A DNA stretch of 64,000 bases, taken from contig NW_025964279.1 of the NCBI RefSeq assembly GCF_023055435.1, forward strand, positions 1,550,001 through 1,614,000, written 5' to 3'. The notes under the pieces were generated by a model. That model searched no databases and had not been told where the DNA came from. It saw nothing but the letters and a program-made list of their open reading frames with translations. The position numbers were made by a program, and so were the translations under genes. Below, piece by piece: positions 22,201 through 37,500 of the stretch (position 1 is the first letter of the stretch; the number at the start of each line of letters is the position of its first letter). This stretch comes from Haliotis rufescens. Lineage: Eukaryota.

Positions 22201-25200
22201 ATTTACGCGAGCTCATTGACTTTTCACCTGTATTTTTCATGTGCTACTGAGCAGCTGAATGAAGCGGGAAGGTTAGGCGACACAAATGCATTATTAAACA
22301 ACATATCGCGATATTGAATTAAGGGTTACATGTATGTGCACTTTCACAAACTGTATCGTGTTTAAACCATAAATAGTACTAGTGCATTCATCTCATTCAG
22401 AATGCTCACGGACTTGTCAAAGAAGGCTAGTAAATGGGGTTAGAGTGGCATACAGTCTACAGTTGTACAACAGACTCTCTAATCTGAATTTGGTTTCAAT
22501 CAGTTCTTTGTCACTTACGTTTCCCATGCAATTCCCTATTTTTACATGTACCATATGTTCCCGTGTTTTTAAGGTTACCAACTGACTTGCCTTTGCATGT
22601 GTTTGTGACGGGTGCCACCGGTTGGGAAGGAAACGCTCCCCTTTTCGCGAACACCTGGTATCATTACTATTTGTTAGTGATTCATAAACACATGCTTATG
22701 GTGTAGTCGTAATCGTACAATCGACTCGAGATTTTATATAATATGGAAAGGCCTCTGTCGCTTTTATTTACACCACTGCGTGCTACGTAGCACAACGTCA
22801 CGTTTAGTTCCGCATAAGTTCCGCATAAGTTCCGCGGTGAGACTGCAAATATCCCGGACTAAATCCGTTTACGTCCCGCAGTAATTCATCAAATGTACCG
22901 CGCTAATTCCGTAAACCTACGACGGTAATTATAATACCGCAAACATGTCGCGGAAATTCCGAACACGATCGCGTCAAGTCCAGCAATAGTGTGTACACTC
23001 TGAGTCAAAAGTTATTGTATTTTCCCCAGTAGTGTGTGAGTGAAGAATGATGTTTTGTATTACGTCGAAAATGACAATTGCAGACTGCGCCAATTCTTTA
23101 AGTCTATTTGGCATGACACAATGTTGTTCGACAGACCACGAGGTTCGGAAATGCCGTTATCACGCTGTAAGTACCAACCAACTCGGCAGGTAATACCAGG
23201 AAGAGAAGACGGTCACGAATTGTCGCCTTCAAAAACATTGAGGATGACAAACGCCAATGGCTGTATGGTATAGTTAAGACCCCCGCTACCTGATATCCAC
23301 TACAATGTAATGCTGGTGCTGTTTTTCCTGCCATGTCTTCAGATTCTGCTGCTCCTTCAAGGCTAAAAAAGATCGACGAGTATTTTTACATGATGCTGTT
23401 ATTCTGGTCATGTACGCATCCAGAGGAAAATCAAAATACCAGGCCTTCCTTTTAGTCCCGTTTAGGTCGCCAAATCCCATGCTTGTCGCATGAGTTCCCT
23501 TGTTTTTTTCAGGTGAACACTTGACTTGCCTTTGCATGTGTTTGTGACGGGTGACACTGTTGCTGAAGGATACGCTCACCTTTTCGCGAACACCTGGTAT
23601 CATCAATATTTGATTATGGTTCATTAACACATGGTCAGGATGTAGTCGGAATCGTACAATTGACTCTGCTTTTAGTAAACCTTTTTATGATTATGGAAAT
23701 GTTTTTGGTATCTTTCATTGACTAAAACGTGTATCGTGTGGTCAGACTGTGTGACAAAGATGATTGATGCCTTTTTCTTCTTGGTCAGGGGGCACGGGGG
23801 GCCCAGTCGTCTAAGGCGCCGCGATTCGCTGTGCAGAGTTGCGTCCCTTGGGCACGCCAGAAACCTATGATTGTGGGTTTGAATCCCGGTTCGCCCCGAT
23901 TATGTTTCTAGGTTTGTCAGCACCATACCCGTGCTCGTGGGTTTCACCGAAGTGGTAAACGTCAGAGACCTGCATCACTTCGGGCTTTCCTCCCACATTA
24001 AGCTGACACGCCGTGATATAACTGGAATACTGTTAAAAGCGGCGTAAAACCCAACTCACTCTTCCTGGTCAATACTCTATTTTCGGTCAGTGAATAATTG
24101 TAATTATTGCATAATTTCTGTTTAAACTGAAGAAAACATTATCTTATTTGGGAACAAATGATTTAAAACAAAATGTCTCAATCCTTTAGAATATCAAATG
24201 GTCGGTCCGCTAAACGATAATATGGGATGACACTTATATTAACATTCCATATCCCAATCCATCCGAACCAGTACTAGGTTATTACTACCGAAACATCATG
24301 ATGAGGAGGATACAATTCAAAGCGTGCAGCATCATTGCTTTTCACTGTAAAACTATGTGGGCGTTGTGCGACGTGCTTTGAATAAATGTAATTTCGTATT
24401 CACCCCCTTAGTCTCCACTTCATCGACTGAGCGTGTGGGTTAAAATAAATTAAAAATATCTTCCACAGTAATGTGGAACCACTATTCATAAATCAAACTT
24501 CATATTCATAGGGTGTAAAACTTTAGATTTATACAGTAAGCTGTCCGGGTTTTAATACCTGTTCTTCAAGAAAATCAATTTTCTTTTTTTTTGAAATAGT
24601 ATTATTCATCTTCATATTCGATATAAGTGATAATCGATCAGGTCTTAAGCCTAGGAATTGCATAATATTCATACTTCAAAAGGAATCGAATTGACTCATC
24701 AGCCTGATCTTATGATTGGTGATAAAACATTTACATGTACATTTTGTTCACAAACGGCTCTCTGTTGCAATTGCATAAGTTACACAAACGCAAGATAGAT
24801 TTAAAACGAGTGTAACTGATGGCCCCAAGTGGCCAAAGTAACCACAGATGTTCGTCCGTTATCCAGGATTGGCTTATCTTGTGTTCCAATCCCCGGTTCG
24901 TCTCGATTAGGACCACCAGATTTCAAACGTTCCAGCTATCCCCCCAATGTGCAAGTTTATGAGGCGTGGGATTGAGTGAATGTTCTTAAACACCGCAGTC
25001 ATCAGTAGACCGGCTTTTTACGGACAGTCTATCAACAATCACTTCCAGCGCAGTCCCGTCGCACACATAATCAACCACGTCACCCAAACTGACCATTCCA
25101 TCCATTTATATCAACACTTGCGGCAACTTTAGGCTACTGGGGCGTCAATACTACCGAGGGAATCTTCCCGGCACGCAGGGCATGCCACTGTAAACAACAG

Positions 25201-26907
25201 TCAATGGTAATGGTTATGGCCATCCAGGATTTGTCATAATAATTGGTACGATGAATTGTTTTAATTTCAAATATAAGAAATTATAGGCAACAGGCGTTTT
25301 GAGTGGCACTAGATCTTTAATATGTTAGTTATTTAATCTGTGTTGCTTCGATACAGTTGGAAACATAATCGATCTGCTCTCCTGGCAGATCAAAACATAG
25401 CGCCTGTGATGGTTGGTTGGTTGGTTTGTTGTTTAACGCCGCAGTCAGCATGACGGCGATCTGTATATAATTGAGTCCGGATCAGACAATCCAGTAATGA
25501 ATGTCATGAGCATTGATCCCCGCAATTGGGATCGATGACATGCATCAACCAAGTCAGCGAGCCTGACCACCAGATCCGATTAGGCGCCTCTGACCACTTT
25601 CTCAATTAAGACTGAAGTGGGTGTATTAATTTTTTATGTATCGAAATTAGGCCTGCGAGTGTCAAGCCCTTTCTTGTGCATATGCAGTAACTGTTTAAAG
25701 AAAGCCAGCATGACAACGAAGTGCAATCAGCATCTCTGGTACCCATACATGTCTCTGGGGATGGAGATCAAAGCACTCAAACTTGAGTCAGGCACTTGAG
25801 CTAATGATAAGGAGTTTCTGAGTGAATTGATCAAAGCATGTATTAGAATCCGCCATGTTAATTTTTTGAGTCAGTCAGACGAACTTTAAATCCTTTATTT
25901 CACATTGAGTTTTTGAGGTTTGGCAAAATCAAAGGCGAATCAATAAGTCACCATGCATTCTGCAAAGGATGATGAGGAAACCAGGCGTGATCTGATGCAA
26001 TTATCTGATAAATGAAATCTTCACATGGGATATTACTGTGTATTGGGGTCAACGTGACAGTATGCATTCATTGTAATGGCCAGGAAAGACACACGGCGCC
26101 ACCTTTGGCATATAAACGAGGAGAGATGGTAATGTAATTTTCATTTGGAAATCTCGATGTAATAAGAATGTTGTGTCATCAAGAAATGTGGTTACGAGTC
26201 ACTTTTATATTTCGATGATATCCAGTGTAGTTTAATAAATAGAGGTTACCACGAGCGTATGTTTTCGGATGGTAAATATCCAGTATTGGGAATGAACATT
26301 TGTTTTTATAGCTCATCGAAAAACTATTCCCACAAGTAAGTTTTTCTGGACATGCTTACCCTTTTCGCGAACACCTGGTGTCATGCAGTGATCCAATCAA
26401 ACAGCGAATTTGGAAAATACTCGATTCTGATTAGCTAATGACAGGTGTCAAATCTCAATAACCGCCTCTGGTTGAAAGAGCTGATTTCATGACCGCATAT
26501 GCATATCATATAATTAAAATAATTATGAGAACTAAGGAAACAGATTTTCCCTGACAGTTTTGATTGATATACTCAGGGGTCAACCGCTCATTCCTCCACA
26601 GGGGAGTTTCAAGTTACACTATAAATGGAACAGTTCTTCATTTCTCAATCACTGTCGGTTGGCTTTTGAAACGATGATATGTACAGTTATATGCTACTAT
26701 ATGTTAACAAAATGTTTTGCAAAACATTTGATCTGAAAACAAGATGGAAAGCGACTATGAGAGTATATATATTTAAAGTTTTAGTGCAACAAAGAGCTTG
26801 AAATTTGACACATACACAATGTAATGTTAAAATAAGCAATCAAAACATCATAAAAGAAAGTGGTGGCGTAGAACTTAACGTTAAAAGGCTTGCATATCAT
26901 TAAGTTT
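19219..26907 (+). repeat. 7.7 kb tandem segmental repeat, copy 2 (7689 bp)
   Basis: Junction TAAGTTT-TCAT-ATG; near-identical to copy 1 throughout. Confidence 0.97.
23788..24059 (+). mobile_element. SINE family B (array copy 2)
   Basis: Positional equivalent of 16092-16369. Confidence 0.93.
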
Positions 26908-29900
26908 TCATATGCCACTTACACAAAGACTGTTAAAGCTCTTGTTATGTAAGTTATCAGATACATTCATATGAATATGCACTAAATGTTAATTTAGGCA
27001 AAAATGGGTAAAAAAGGCTTATTTTAGATGTTTTCAGGGATCATTCTACTAATAGTCAATAACCAATAATTTGACCCAGGCGACTTTGGGTAAAATTATC
27101 ATCAGTTTAAAAAAAACGTCCCTTTTCTCTGATTTTAAAGATGACGAAGTTAAAAACATTTAAGTTAAGAAAGAACAAAATGCTTATTATCAATTTTTAC
27201 AACATGTCTGATAATTTTCATATCATTTTTACAAAGGTTTACTCTGGTTTAGGTTAACACTTGTGGGCCAAAAAGGGTCCTTACCCCACCCACCCCATCC
27301 TTTGACATGGTTGGTCATACCATAACAGGGAAACCTCGTTGATCAGCTGGATCCCTTAACTGTCTTTAGTCCGATAAGTTAAAAAATAATCATAACTCAT
27401 TAATCCTGAAAGTTGTTAACAATATTTGTTGTTACACTTTTGTTTTGAGCAAAGGAAACCTTGCTTGCCCATGGCCATGTGGTTTAAACTTCTCGACAGA
27501 TGTGTTTCCAGAATTTAATTGAGACGTGTTGCAAACAAGTGACATGTTTCAATATCCCGACTCCGTGTTTGTTTGTTTGTTGGTTTACGCCAAACTTCAC
27601 ATAATGTGATTGGCATCAGGAGCATCAAACTGGGATACAATGACGTGCAAGCAACAAAACCACCAAGTATGACCACCATATCTCTTACGACAAGATTAGG
27701 CCGTTGAAGACCTACATGTATTAATTTTTCTTACTCGGAATCTCCACGTGTTCTGACTGTATGTTCATGTACCTGCTACTTGTTGGTCATTACCACAAGT
27801 CGTCTTTTTTTAAAGAATCTTTTAAAAAAACTTCATCATGGACCTCGCGGTATTGACACTCCTCCGTTTGAGACTTCAAAGAGTAGCTGATGAAGACTGA
27901 GATCGATGCGCCTCAAACAATTAGAAATGTTTCTGAAGCGCTAATTGAAATGCGATACGCTGCAACTAGAACCTTTCATATTTTCAAATTGATTTACACC
28001 TTTGTCACAACACCTGTGTCTTAACACTGAAACTTGCATATATATTATCACCAAGTGGTGTAGCGTACGCGCTAATTGGTTTTAGAAAAAAACCGGACGA
28101 ATGTTCAATGGATGAATGTTTGAGCAACAGACTATCCATATCCTGGTTTCTTAGTTTAACGAGGAAATGCATCGCCCTTCATTGACAAATACGACGTGAC
28201 TGTTTTGTATGAACACATATTTTCTCTTGCAATTTCCAATCCATGCAGCGGTATCTTCCGTGGCTGCTAATGATCTTATATCTTATTTCCGCTTGCACAG
28301 AAATGTGTAGAAAATATTATATTTAGAATTGTTTTTCCAATATCATATAAAACTGTGATGAAAACAAAAATAGAAAACAATTACTTGGAAATCTGATATT
28401 GCATCGCTCAGTGATTGCATTCGTTTGTCATGAGTGAGCCGCAAGTTCATGAGCCAATGAATTTACCATAATACCATCGATGTTATTCCTCGGCGGTCTC
28501 AGGGTGTATTTCATTTCTTTTATTGGAGAATTTCCTCGCTATTTTCTTGTAAACATTTCATGTCATGCCCGAAACTACTTAATCTGTCTGCTATCCTGAT
28601 TGTTACAATATATAGCATCTTATAGCTTGTAATTGACATCTTTTGATCCCAAGATAGACGCACCTGCTCGCTGTCTAGCAATTGATATGTTTCCGGGCTG
28701 TCGAGAAAAGTGTCAATTGATCTTTTCTGTGGGCTGTGGTTCCACCGCAATTGAGCACTGAAGCATCAACACATTGTTAACTTCACTCTGTAGTTGCTTG
28801 CGTCATGTTTCGATAAGCTTCTGAAAAACAGAGTTGTGGCAGAATAATGTAAAGGTATGAAGGTTATAAGACGTGATAACCATGATGTTAACATGAAACG
28901 TCAAAGCCAGAGAATAACCAGTCTCGATTATCCGACGAAACAGATTCCTTTGGGCGTAAAGGACAAAATTGCAGTGAAAAGTTTTGATTGGGTCACTGCA
29001 TGTTAGTGGTGACACTAGGGCCCACGTGCACAAAGCGATCTTAGCGCTAAGGCTATTGTAAGCCTATGTTAAAGTATGGGAGTTAAGATCATCTTAACGC
29101 TAAGATCGCTTTGTGCAAGTGGGCCCAGGTGTTCGCGAAAAGGGTAAGCATGTCTTGCCCTGCCGGTTGCACCCGCTGTTTTAAAATGTTCATAATGTTG
29201 CGAGAAAATTTCAAACTAATTTATAGAAAAAAACCCTAGTCATAGTCATAACAGGGAGACCTCACTTTGTCGAAGTCCTGGAAATCAGTAAATTTATATG
29301 TACAGTAAAGTACGGTTATAACGAACTCTAGGACTACTAATTTTAGTTCGTTATAACCGTAGTTCGTTATAAGCATATATGCAGCATAAGTACAGCAAAT
29401 AGTCGGGACCAAAAAAGCAAGTTCGTTATATCCGTCAGTTCGTTATAAGCGGGTTCGTTATAACCGTATTTTACTGTTATCGATGTATCCGTAGTGCGAG
29501 ACTAGCGGAGCGCCGGTATTAAACCGTAGTGCCTATATGGGTTTTGCCGGGGTCATGGCGTTCACAGTCTCAACGTGCGGGCACATAACACGGGTGTGAT
29601 ATCAGCTGGTTACCGGTCAAGCAGAGAATTCAAGATCTGTTTCAGACCAATTTAGCTTCAAGAGATGACTCACCGGAATTCCTCAAAGATCTGATTCAAA
29701 TGTATGAAGCATCACCAGCACACTAACAGCGACTCGTCATGCCAGACTCCAAAACCGGCTGAACGCTCTTTCTCTATTGCCATCTCTAAGCCCTGTATCT
29801 CCAGACCACTCCAACCACAACTTGTCTCTCTTGATTACTTCCGATGTCAACTTAAAACCTTTCTATTTACGCGAGCTCATTGACTTTTCACCTGTATTTT

Positions 29901-32900
29901 TCATGTGCTACTGAGCAGCTGAATGAAGCGGGAAGGTTAGGCGACACAAATGCATTATTAAACAACATATCGCGATATTGAATTAAGGGTTACATGTATG
30001 TGCACTTTCACAAACTGTATCGTGTTTAAACCATAAATAGTACTAGTGCATTCATCTCATTCAGAATGCTCACGGACTTGTCAAAGAAGGCTAGTAAATG
30101 GGGTTAGAGTGGCATACAGTCTACAGTTGTACAGCAGACTCTCTAATCTGAATTTGGTTTCAATCAGTTCCTTGTCACTTACGTTTCCCATGCAATTCCC
30201 TATTTTTACATGTACCATATGTTCCCGTGTTTTTAAGGTGTCCAACTGACTTGCCTTTGCATGTGTTTGTGACGGGTGCCACCGGTTGGGGAGGAAACGC
30301 TCCCCTTTTCGCGAACACCTGGTATCATTACTATTTGTTAGTGATTCATAAACACATGCTTATGGTGTAGTCGAAATCGTACAATCGACTCGAGATTTCA
30401 AATAATATGGAAAGGCCTCTGTCGCTTTTATTTACACCACTGCGTGCTACTTAGCACAACGTCACGTTTAGTTCCGCATAAGTTCCGCGGTGAGACTGCA
30501 AATATCCCTGACTAAATCCGTTTACGTCCCGCAGTAATTCATCAAATGTAACACGCTAATTCCGTAAACCTACGACGGTAATTATAATACCGCAAACATA
30601 TCGCGGAAATTCCGAACACGATCGCGTCAAGTCCAGCAATAGTGTGTACACTCCGAGGCAAAAGTTATTGTATTTTCCCCAGTAGTGTGTGAGTGAAGAA
30701 TGATGTTTTGTATTACGTCGAAAATGGCAATTGAAGACTGCGCCAATTCTTTAAGTCTATTTGGCATGACACAATGTTGTTCGACAGACCACGAGGTTCG
30801 GGAATGCCGTTTTCACGCTGTAAGTACCAACCAACTCGGCAGGTAATACCAGGAAGAGAAGACGGTCACGAATTGTCGCCTTCAAAAACATTGAGGATGA
30901 CAAACGCCAATGGCTGTATGGTATAGTTAAGACCCCCGCTACCTGATATCCACTACAATGTAATGCTGGTGCTGTTTTTCCTGCCAAGTCTTCAGATTCT
31001 GCTGCTCCTTCAAGGCTAAAAAAGATCGACGTGTATTTTTACATGATGCTGTTATTCTGGTCATGTACGCATCCAGAGGAAAATCAAAATACCAGGCCTT
31101 CCTTTTAGTCCCGTTTAGGTCGCCAAATCCCATGCTTGTCGCATGAGTTCCCTTGTTTTTTTCAGGTGAACACTTGACTTGCCTTTGCATGTGTTTGTGA
31201 CGGGTGACACTGTTGCTGAAGGATACGCTCACCTTTTCGCGAACACCTGGTATCATCAATATTTGATTATGGTTCATTAACACATGGTCAGGATGTAGTC
31301 GGAATCGTACAATTGACTCTGCTTTTAGTAAACCTTTTTATGATTATGGAAATGTTTTTGGTATCTTTCATTGACTAAAACGTGTATCGTGTGGTCAGAC
31401 TGTGTGACAAAGATGATTGATGCCTTTTTCTTCTTGGTCAGGGGGCACGGGTGGCCCAGTCGTCTAAGGCGCCGCGATTCGCTGTGCAGAGTTGCGTCCC
31501 TTGGGCACGCCAGAAACCTATGATTGTGGGTTCGAATCCCGGTTCGCCCCGATTATGTTTCTAGGTTTGTCAGCACCATACCCGTGCTCGTCGGTTTCAC
31601 CGAAGTGGTAAACGTCAGAGACCTGCATCACTTCGGGCTTTCCTCCCACATTAAGCTGACACGCCGTGATATAACTGGAATACTGTTAAAAGCGGCGTAA
31701 AACCCAACTCACTCTTCCTGGTCAATACTCTATTTTCGGTCAGTGAATAATTGTAATTATTGCATAATTTCTGTTTAAACTGAAGAAAACATTATCTTAT
31801 TTGGGAACAAATGATTTAAAACAAAATGTCTCAATCCTTTAGAATATCAAATGGTCGGTCCGCTAAACGATAATATGGGATGACACTTATATTAACATTC
31901 CGTATCCCAATCCATCCGAACCAGTACTAGGTTATTACTACCGAAACATCATGATGAGGAGGATACAATTCAAAGCGTGCAGCATCATTGCTTTTCACTG
32001 TAAAACTATGTGGGCGTTGTGCGACGTGCTTTGAATAAATGTAATTTCGTATTCACCCCCTTAGTCTCCGCTTCATCGACTGAGCGTGTGGGTTAAAATA
32101 AATTAAAAATATCTTCCACAGTAATGTGGAACCACTATTCATAAATCAAATTTCATATTCATAGGGTGTAAAACTTTAGATTTATACAGTAAGCTGTCCG
32201 GGTTTTAATACCTGTTCTTCAAGAAAATCAATTTTCTTTTTTTTTGAAATAGTATTATTCATCTTCATATTCGATATAAGTGATAATCGATCAGGTCTTA
32301 AGCCTAGGAATTGCATTATATTCATACTTCAAAAGGAATCGAATTGACTCATCAGCCTGATCTTATGATTGGTGATAAAACATTTACATGTACATTTTGT
32401 TCACAAACAGCTCTCTGTTGCAATTGCATAAGTTACACAAACGCAAGATAGATTTAAAACGAGTGTAACTGATGGCCCCAAGTGGCCAAAGTAACCACAG
32501 ATGTTCGTCCGTTATCCAGGATTGGCTTATCTTGTGTTCCAATCCCCGGTTCGTCTCGATTAGGACCACCAGATTTCAAACGTTCCAGCTATCCCCCCAA
32601 TGTGCAAGTTTATGAGGCGTGGGATTGAGTGAATGTTCTTAAACACCGCAGTCATCAGTAGACCGGCTTTTTACGGACAGTCTATCAACAATCACTTCCA
32701 GCGCAGTCCCGTCGCACACATAATCAACCACGTCACCCAAACTGACCATTCCATCCATTTATATCAACACTTGCGGCAACTTTAGGCTACTGGGGCGTCA
32801 ATACTACCGAGGGAATCTTCCCGGCACGCAGGGCATGCCACTGTAAACAACAGTCAATGGTAATGGTTATGGCCATCCAGGATTTGTCATAATAATTGGT

Positions 32901-34560
32901 ACGATGAATTGTTTTAATTTCAAATATAAGAAATTATAGGCAACAGGCGTTTTGAGTGGCACTAGATCTTTAATATGTTAGTTATTTAATCTGTGTTGCT
33001 TCGATACAGTTGGAAACATAATCGATCTGCTCTCCAGGCAGATCAAAACATAGCGCCTGTGATGGTTGGTTTGTTGGTTTGTTGTTTAACGCCGCAGTCA
33101 GCATGACGGCGATCTGTATATAATTGAGTCCGGATCAGACAATCCAGTAATGAATGTCATGAGCATTGATCCCCGCAATTGGGATCGATGACATGCATCA
33201 ACCAAGTCAGCGAGCCTGACCACCAGATCCGATTAGGCGCCTCTGACCACTTTCTCAATTAAGACTGAAGTGGGTGTATTAATTTTTTATGTATCGAAAT
33301 TAGGCATGCGAGTGTCAAGCCCTTTCTTGTGCATATGCAGTAACTGTTTAAAGAAAGCCAGCATGACAACGAAGTGCAATCAGCATCTCTGGTACCCATA
33401 CATGTCTCTGGGGATGGAGATCAAAGCACTCAAACTTGAGTCAGGCACTTGAGCTAATGATAAGGAGTTTCTGAGTGAATTGATCAAAGCATGTATTAGA
33501 ATCCGCCATGTTAATTTTTTGAGTCAGTCAGACGAACTTTAAATCCTTTATTTCACATTGAGTTTTTGAGGTTTGGCAAAATCAAAGGCGAATCAATAAG
33601 TCACCATGCATTCTGCAAAGGATGCTGAGGAAACCAGGCGTGATCTGATGCAATTATCTGATAAATGAAATCTTCACATGGGATATTACTGTGTATTGGG
33701 GTCAACGTGACAGTATGCATTCATTGTAATGGCCAGGAAAGACACACGGCGCCACCTTTGGCATATAAACGAGGAGAGATGGTAATGTAATTTTCATTTG
33801 GAAATCTCGATGTAATAAGAATGTTGTGTCATCAAGAAATGTGGTTACGAGTCACTTTTATATTTCGATGATATCCAGTGTAGTTTAATAAATAGAGGTT
33901 ACCACGAGCGTATGTTTTCGGATGGTAAATATCCAGTATTGGGAATGAACATTTGTTTTTATAGCTCATCGAAAAACTATTCCCACAGCTAAGTTTTCCT
34001 GGACATGCTTACCCTTTTCGCGAACACCTGGTGTCATGCAGTGATCCAATCAAACAGCGAATTTGGAAAATACTCGATTCTGATTAGCTTATGACAGGTG
34101 TCAAATCTCAATAACCGCCTCTGGTTGAAAGAGCTGATTTCATGACCGCATATGCATATCATATAATTAAAATAATTATGAGAACTAAGGAAACAGATTT
34201 TCCCTGACAGTTTTGATTGATATACTCAGGGGTCAACCGCTCATTCCTCCACAGGGGAGTTTCAAGTTACACTATAAATGGAACAGTTCTTCATTTCTCA
34301 ATCACTGTCGGTTGGCTTTTGAAACGATGATATGTACAGTTATATGCTACTATATGTTAACAAAATGTTTTGCAAAACATTTGATCTGAAAACAAGATGG
34401 AAAGCGACTATGAGAGTATATATATTTAAAGTTTTAGTGCAACAAAGAGCTTGAAATTTGACACATACACAATGTAATGTTAAAATAAGCAATCAAAACA
34501 TCATAAAAGAAACTGGTGGCGTAGAACTTAACGTTAAAAGGCTTGCATATCATTAAGTTT
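26908..34560 (+). repeat. 7.7 kb tandem segmental repeat, copy 3 (7653 bp)
   Basis: Same junction. Private 12-bp deletion between CAGCAC repeats near 29715. Confidence 0.97.
31441..31712 (+). mobile_element. SINE family B (array copy 3)
   Basis: Positional equivalent of 16092-16369. Confidence 0.93.
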
Positions 34561-37500
34561 TCATATGCCACTTACACAAAGACTGTTAAAGCTCTTGTTA
34601 TGTAAGTTATCAGATACATTCATATGAATATGCACTAAAAGTTAATTTAGGCAAAAATGGGTAAAAAAGGCTTATTTAAGATGTTTTCAGGGATCATTCT
34701 ACTAATAGTCAATAACCAATAATTTGACCCAGGCGAATTTGGGTAAAATTATCATCAGTTGAAAAAAACCCGTCCCTTTTCTCTGATTTTAAAGATGACG
34801 AAGTTAAAAACATTTAAGTTAAGAAAGAACAAAATGCTTATTATCAATTTTTACAACATGTCTGATAATTTTCATATCATTTTTACAAAGGTTTACTCTG
34901 GTTTAGGTTTACACTTGTGGGCCAAAAAGGGTCCTTACCCCACCCACCCCATCCTTTGACATGGTTGGTCATACCATAACAGGGAAACCTCGTTGATCAG
35001 CTGGATCCCTTAACTGTCTTTAGTCCGATAAGTTAAAAAATAATCATAACTCATTAATCCTGAAAGTTGTTAACAATATTTGTTGTTACACTTTTGTTTT
35101 GAGCAAAGGAAACCTTGCTTGCCCATGGCCATGTGGTTTAAACTTCTCGACAGATGTGTTTCCAGAATTTAATTGAGACGTGTTGCAAACAAGTGACATG
35201 TTTCAATATCCCGACTCCGTGTTTGTTTGTTTGTTGGTTTACGCCAAACTTCACATAATGTGATTGGCATCAGGAGCATCAAACTGGGATACAATGACGT
35301 GCAAGCAACAAAACCACCAAGTATGACCACCATATCTCTTACGACAAGATTAGGCCGTTGAAGACCTACATGTATTAATTTTTCTTACTCGGAATCTCCA
35401 CGTGTTCTGACTGTATGTTCATGTACCTGCTACTTGTTGGTCATTACCACAAGTCGTCTTTTTTTAAAGAATCTTTTAAAAAAACTTCATCATGGACCTC
35501 GCGGTATTGACACTCCTCCGTTTGAGACTTCAAAGAGTAGCTGATGAAGACTGAGATCGATGCGCCTCAAACAATTAGAAATGTTTCTGAAGCGCTAATT
35601 GAAATTCGATACGCTGCAACTAGAACCTTTCATATTTTCAAATTGATTTACACCTTTGTCACAACACCTGTGTCTTAACACTGAAACTTGCATATATATT
35701 ATCACCAAGTGGTGTAGCGTACGCGCTAATTGGTTTTAGAAAAAAACGGACGAATGTTCAATGGATGAATGTTTGAGCAACAGACTATCCATATCCTGGT
35801 TTCTTAGTTTAACGAGGAAATGCATCGCCCTTCATTGACAAATACAACGTGACTGTTTTGTATGAACACATATTTTCTCTTCCAATTTCCAATCCATGCA
35901 GCGGTATCTTCCGTGGCTGCTAATGATCTTATATCTTATTTCCGCTTGCACAGAAATGTGTAGAAAATATTATATTTAGAATTGTTTTTCCAATATCATA
36001 TAAAACTGTGATGAAAACAAAAATAGAAAACAATTACTTGGAAATCTTATATTGCATCGCTCAGTGATTGCATTCGTTTGTCATGAGTGAGCCGCAAGTT
36101 CATGAGCCAATGAATTTACCATAATACCATCGATGTTATTCCTCGGCGGTCTCAGGGTGTATTTCATTTCTTTTATTGGAGAATTTCCTCGCTATTTTCT
36201 TGTAAACATTTCATGTCATGCACGAAACTACTTAATCTGTCTGCTATCCTGATTGTTACAATATATAGCATCTTATAGCTTGTAATTGACATCTTTTGAT
36301 CCCAAGATAGACGCACCTGCTCGCTGTCTAGCAATTGATATGTTTCCGGGCTGTCGAGAAAAGTGTCAATTGATCTTTTCTGTGGGCTGTGGTTCCACCG
36401 CAATTGAGCACTGAAGCATCAACACATTGTTAACTTCACTCTGTAGTTGCTTGCGTCATGTTTCGATAAGCTTCTGAAAAACAGAGTTGTGGCAGAATAA
36501 TGTAAAGGTATGAAGGTTATAAGACGTGATAACCATGATGTTAATATGAAACGTCAAAGCCAGAGAATAACCAGTCTCGATTATCCGACGAAACAGATTC
36601 CTTTGGGCGTAAAGGACAAAATTGCAGTGAAAAGTATTTGATTGGGTCACTGCATGTCAGTGGTGACACTAGGGCCCACGTGCACAAAGCGATCTTAGCG
36701 CTAAGGCTATTGTAAGCCTATGTTAAAGTATGGGAGTTAAGATCATCTTAACGCTAAGATCGCTTTGTGCAAGTGGGCCCAGGTGTTCGCGAAAAGGGTA
36801 AGCATGTCTTGCCCTGCCGGTTGCACCCGCTGTTTTAAAATGTTCATAATGTTGCGAGAAAATTTCAAACTAATTTATAGAAAAAAAACCTAGTCATAGT
36901 CATAACAGGGAGACCTCACTTAGTCGAAGTCCTGGAAATCAGTAAATTTATATGTACAGTAAAGTACGGTTATAACGAACTCTAGGACTACTAATTTTAG
37001 TTCGTTATAACCGTAGTTCGTTATAAGCATATATGCAGCATAAGTACAGCAAATAGTCGGGACCAAAAAAGCAAGTTCGTTATATCCGTCAGTTCGTTAT
37101 AAGCGGGTTCGTTATAACCGTATTTTACTGTTATCGATGTATCCGTAGTGCGAGACTAGCGGAGCGCCGGTATTAAACCGTAGTGCCTATATGGGTTTTG
37201 CCGGGGTCATGACGTTCACAGTCTCAACGTGCGGGCACATAACACGGGTGTGATATCAGCTGGTTACCGGTCAAGCAGAGAATTCAAGATCTGTTTCAGA
37301 CCAATTTAGCTTCAAGTGATGACTCACCGGAATTCCTCAAAGATCTGATTCAAATGTATGAAGCATCACCAGCACGCAGATCAGCACACTAACAGCGACT
37401 CGTCATGCCAGACTCCAAAACCGGCTGAACGCTCTTTCTCTATTGCCAGTCCAAAGCCCTGTATCTCCAGACCACTCCAACCAGAACTTGTCTCTCTTGA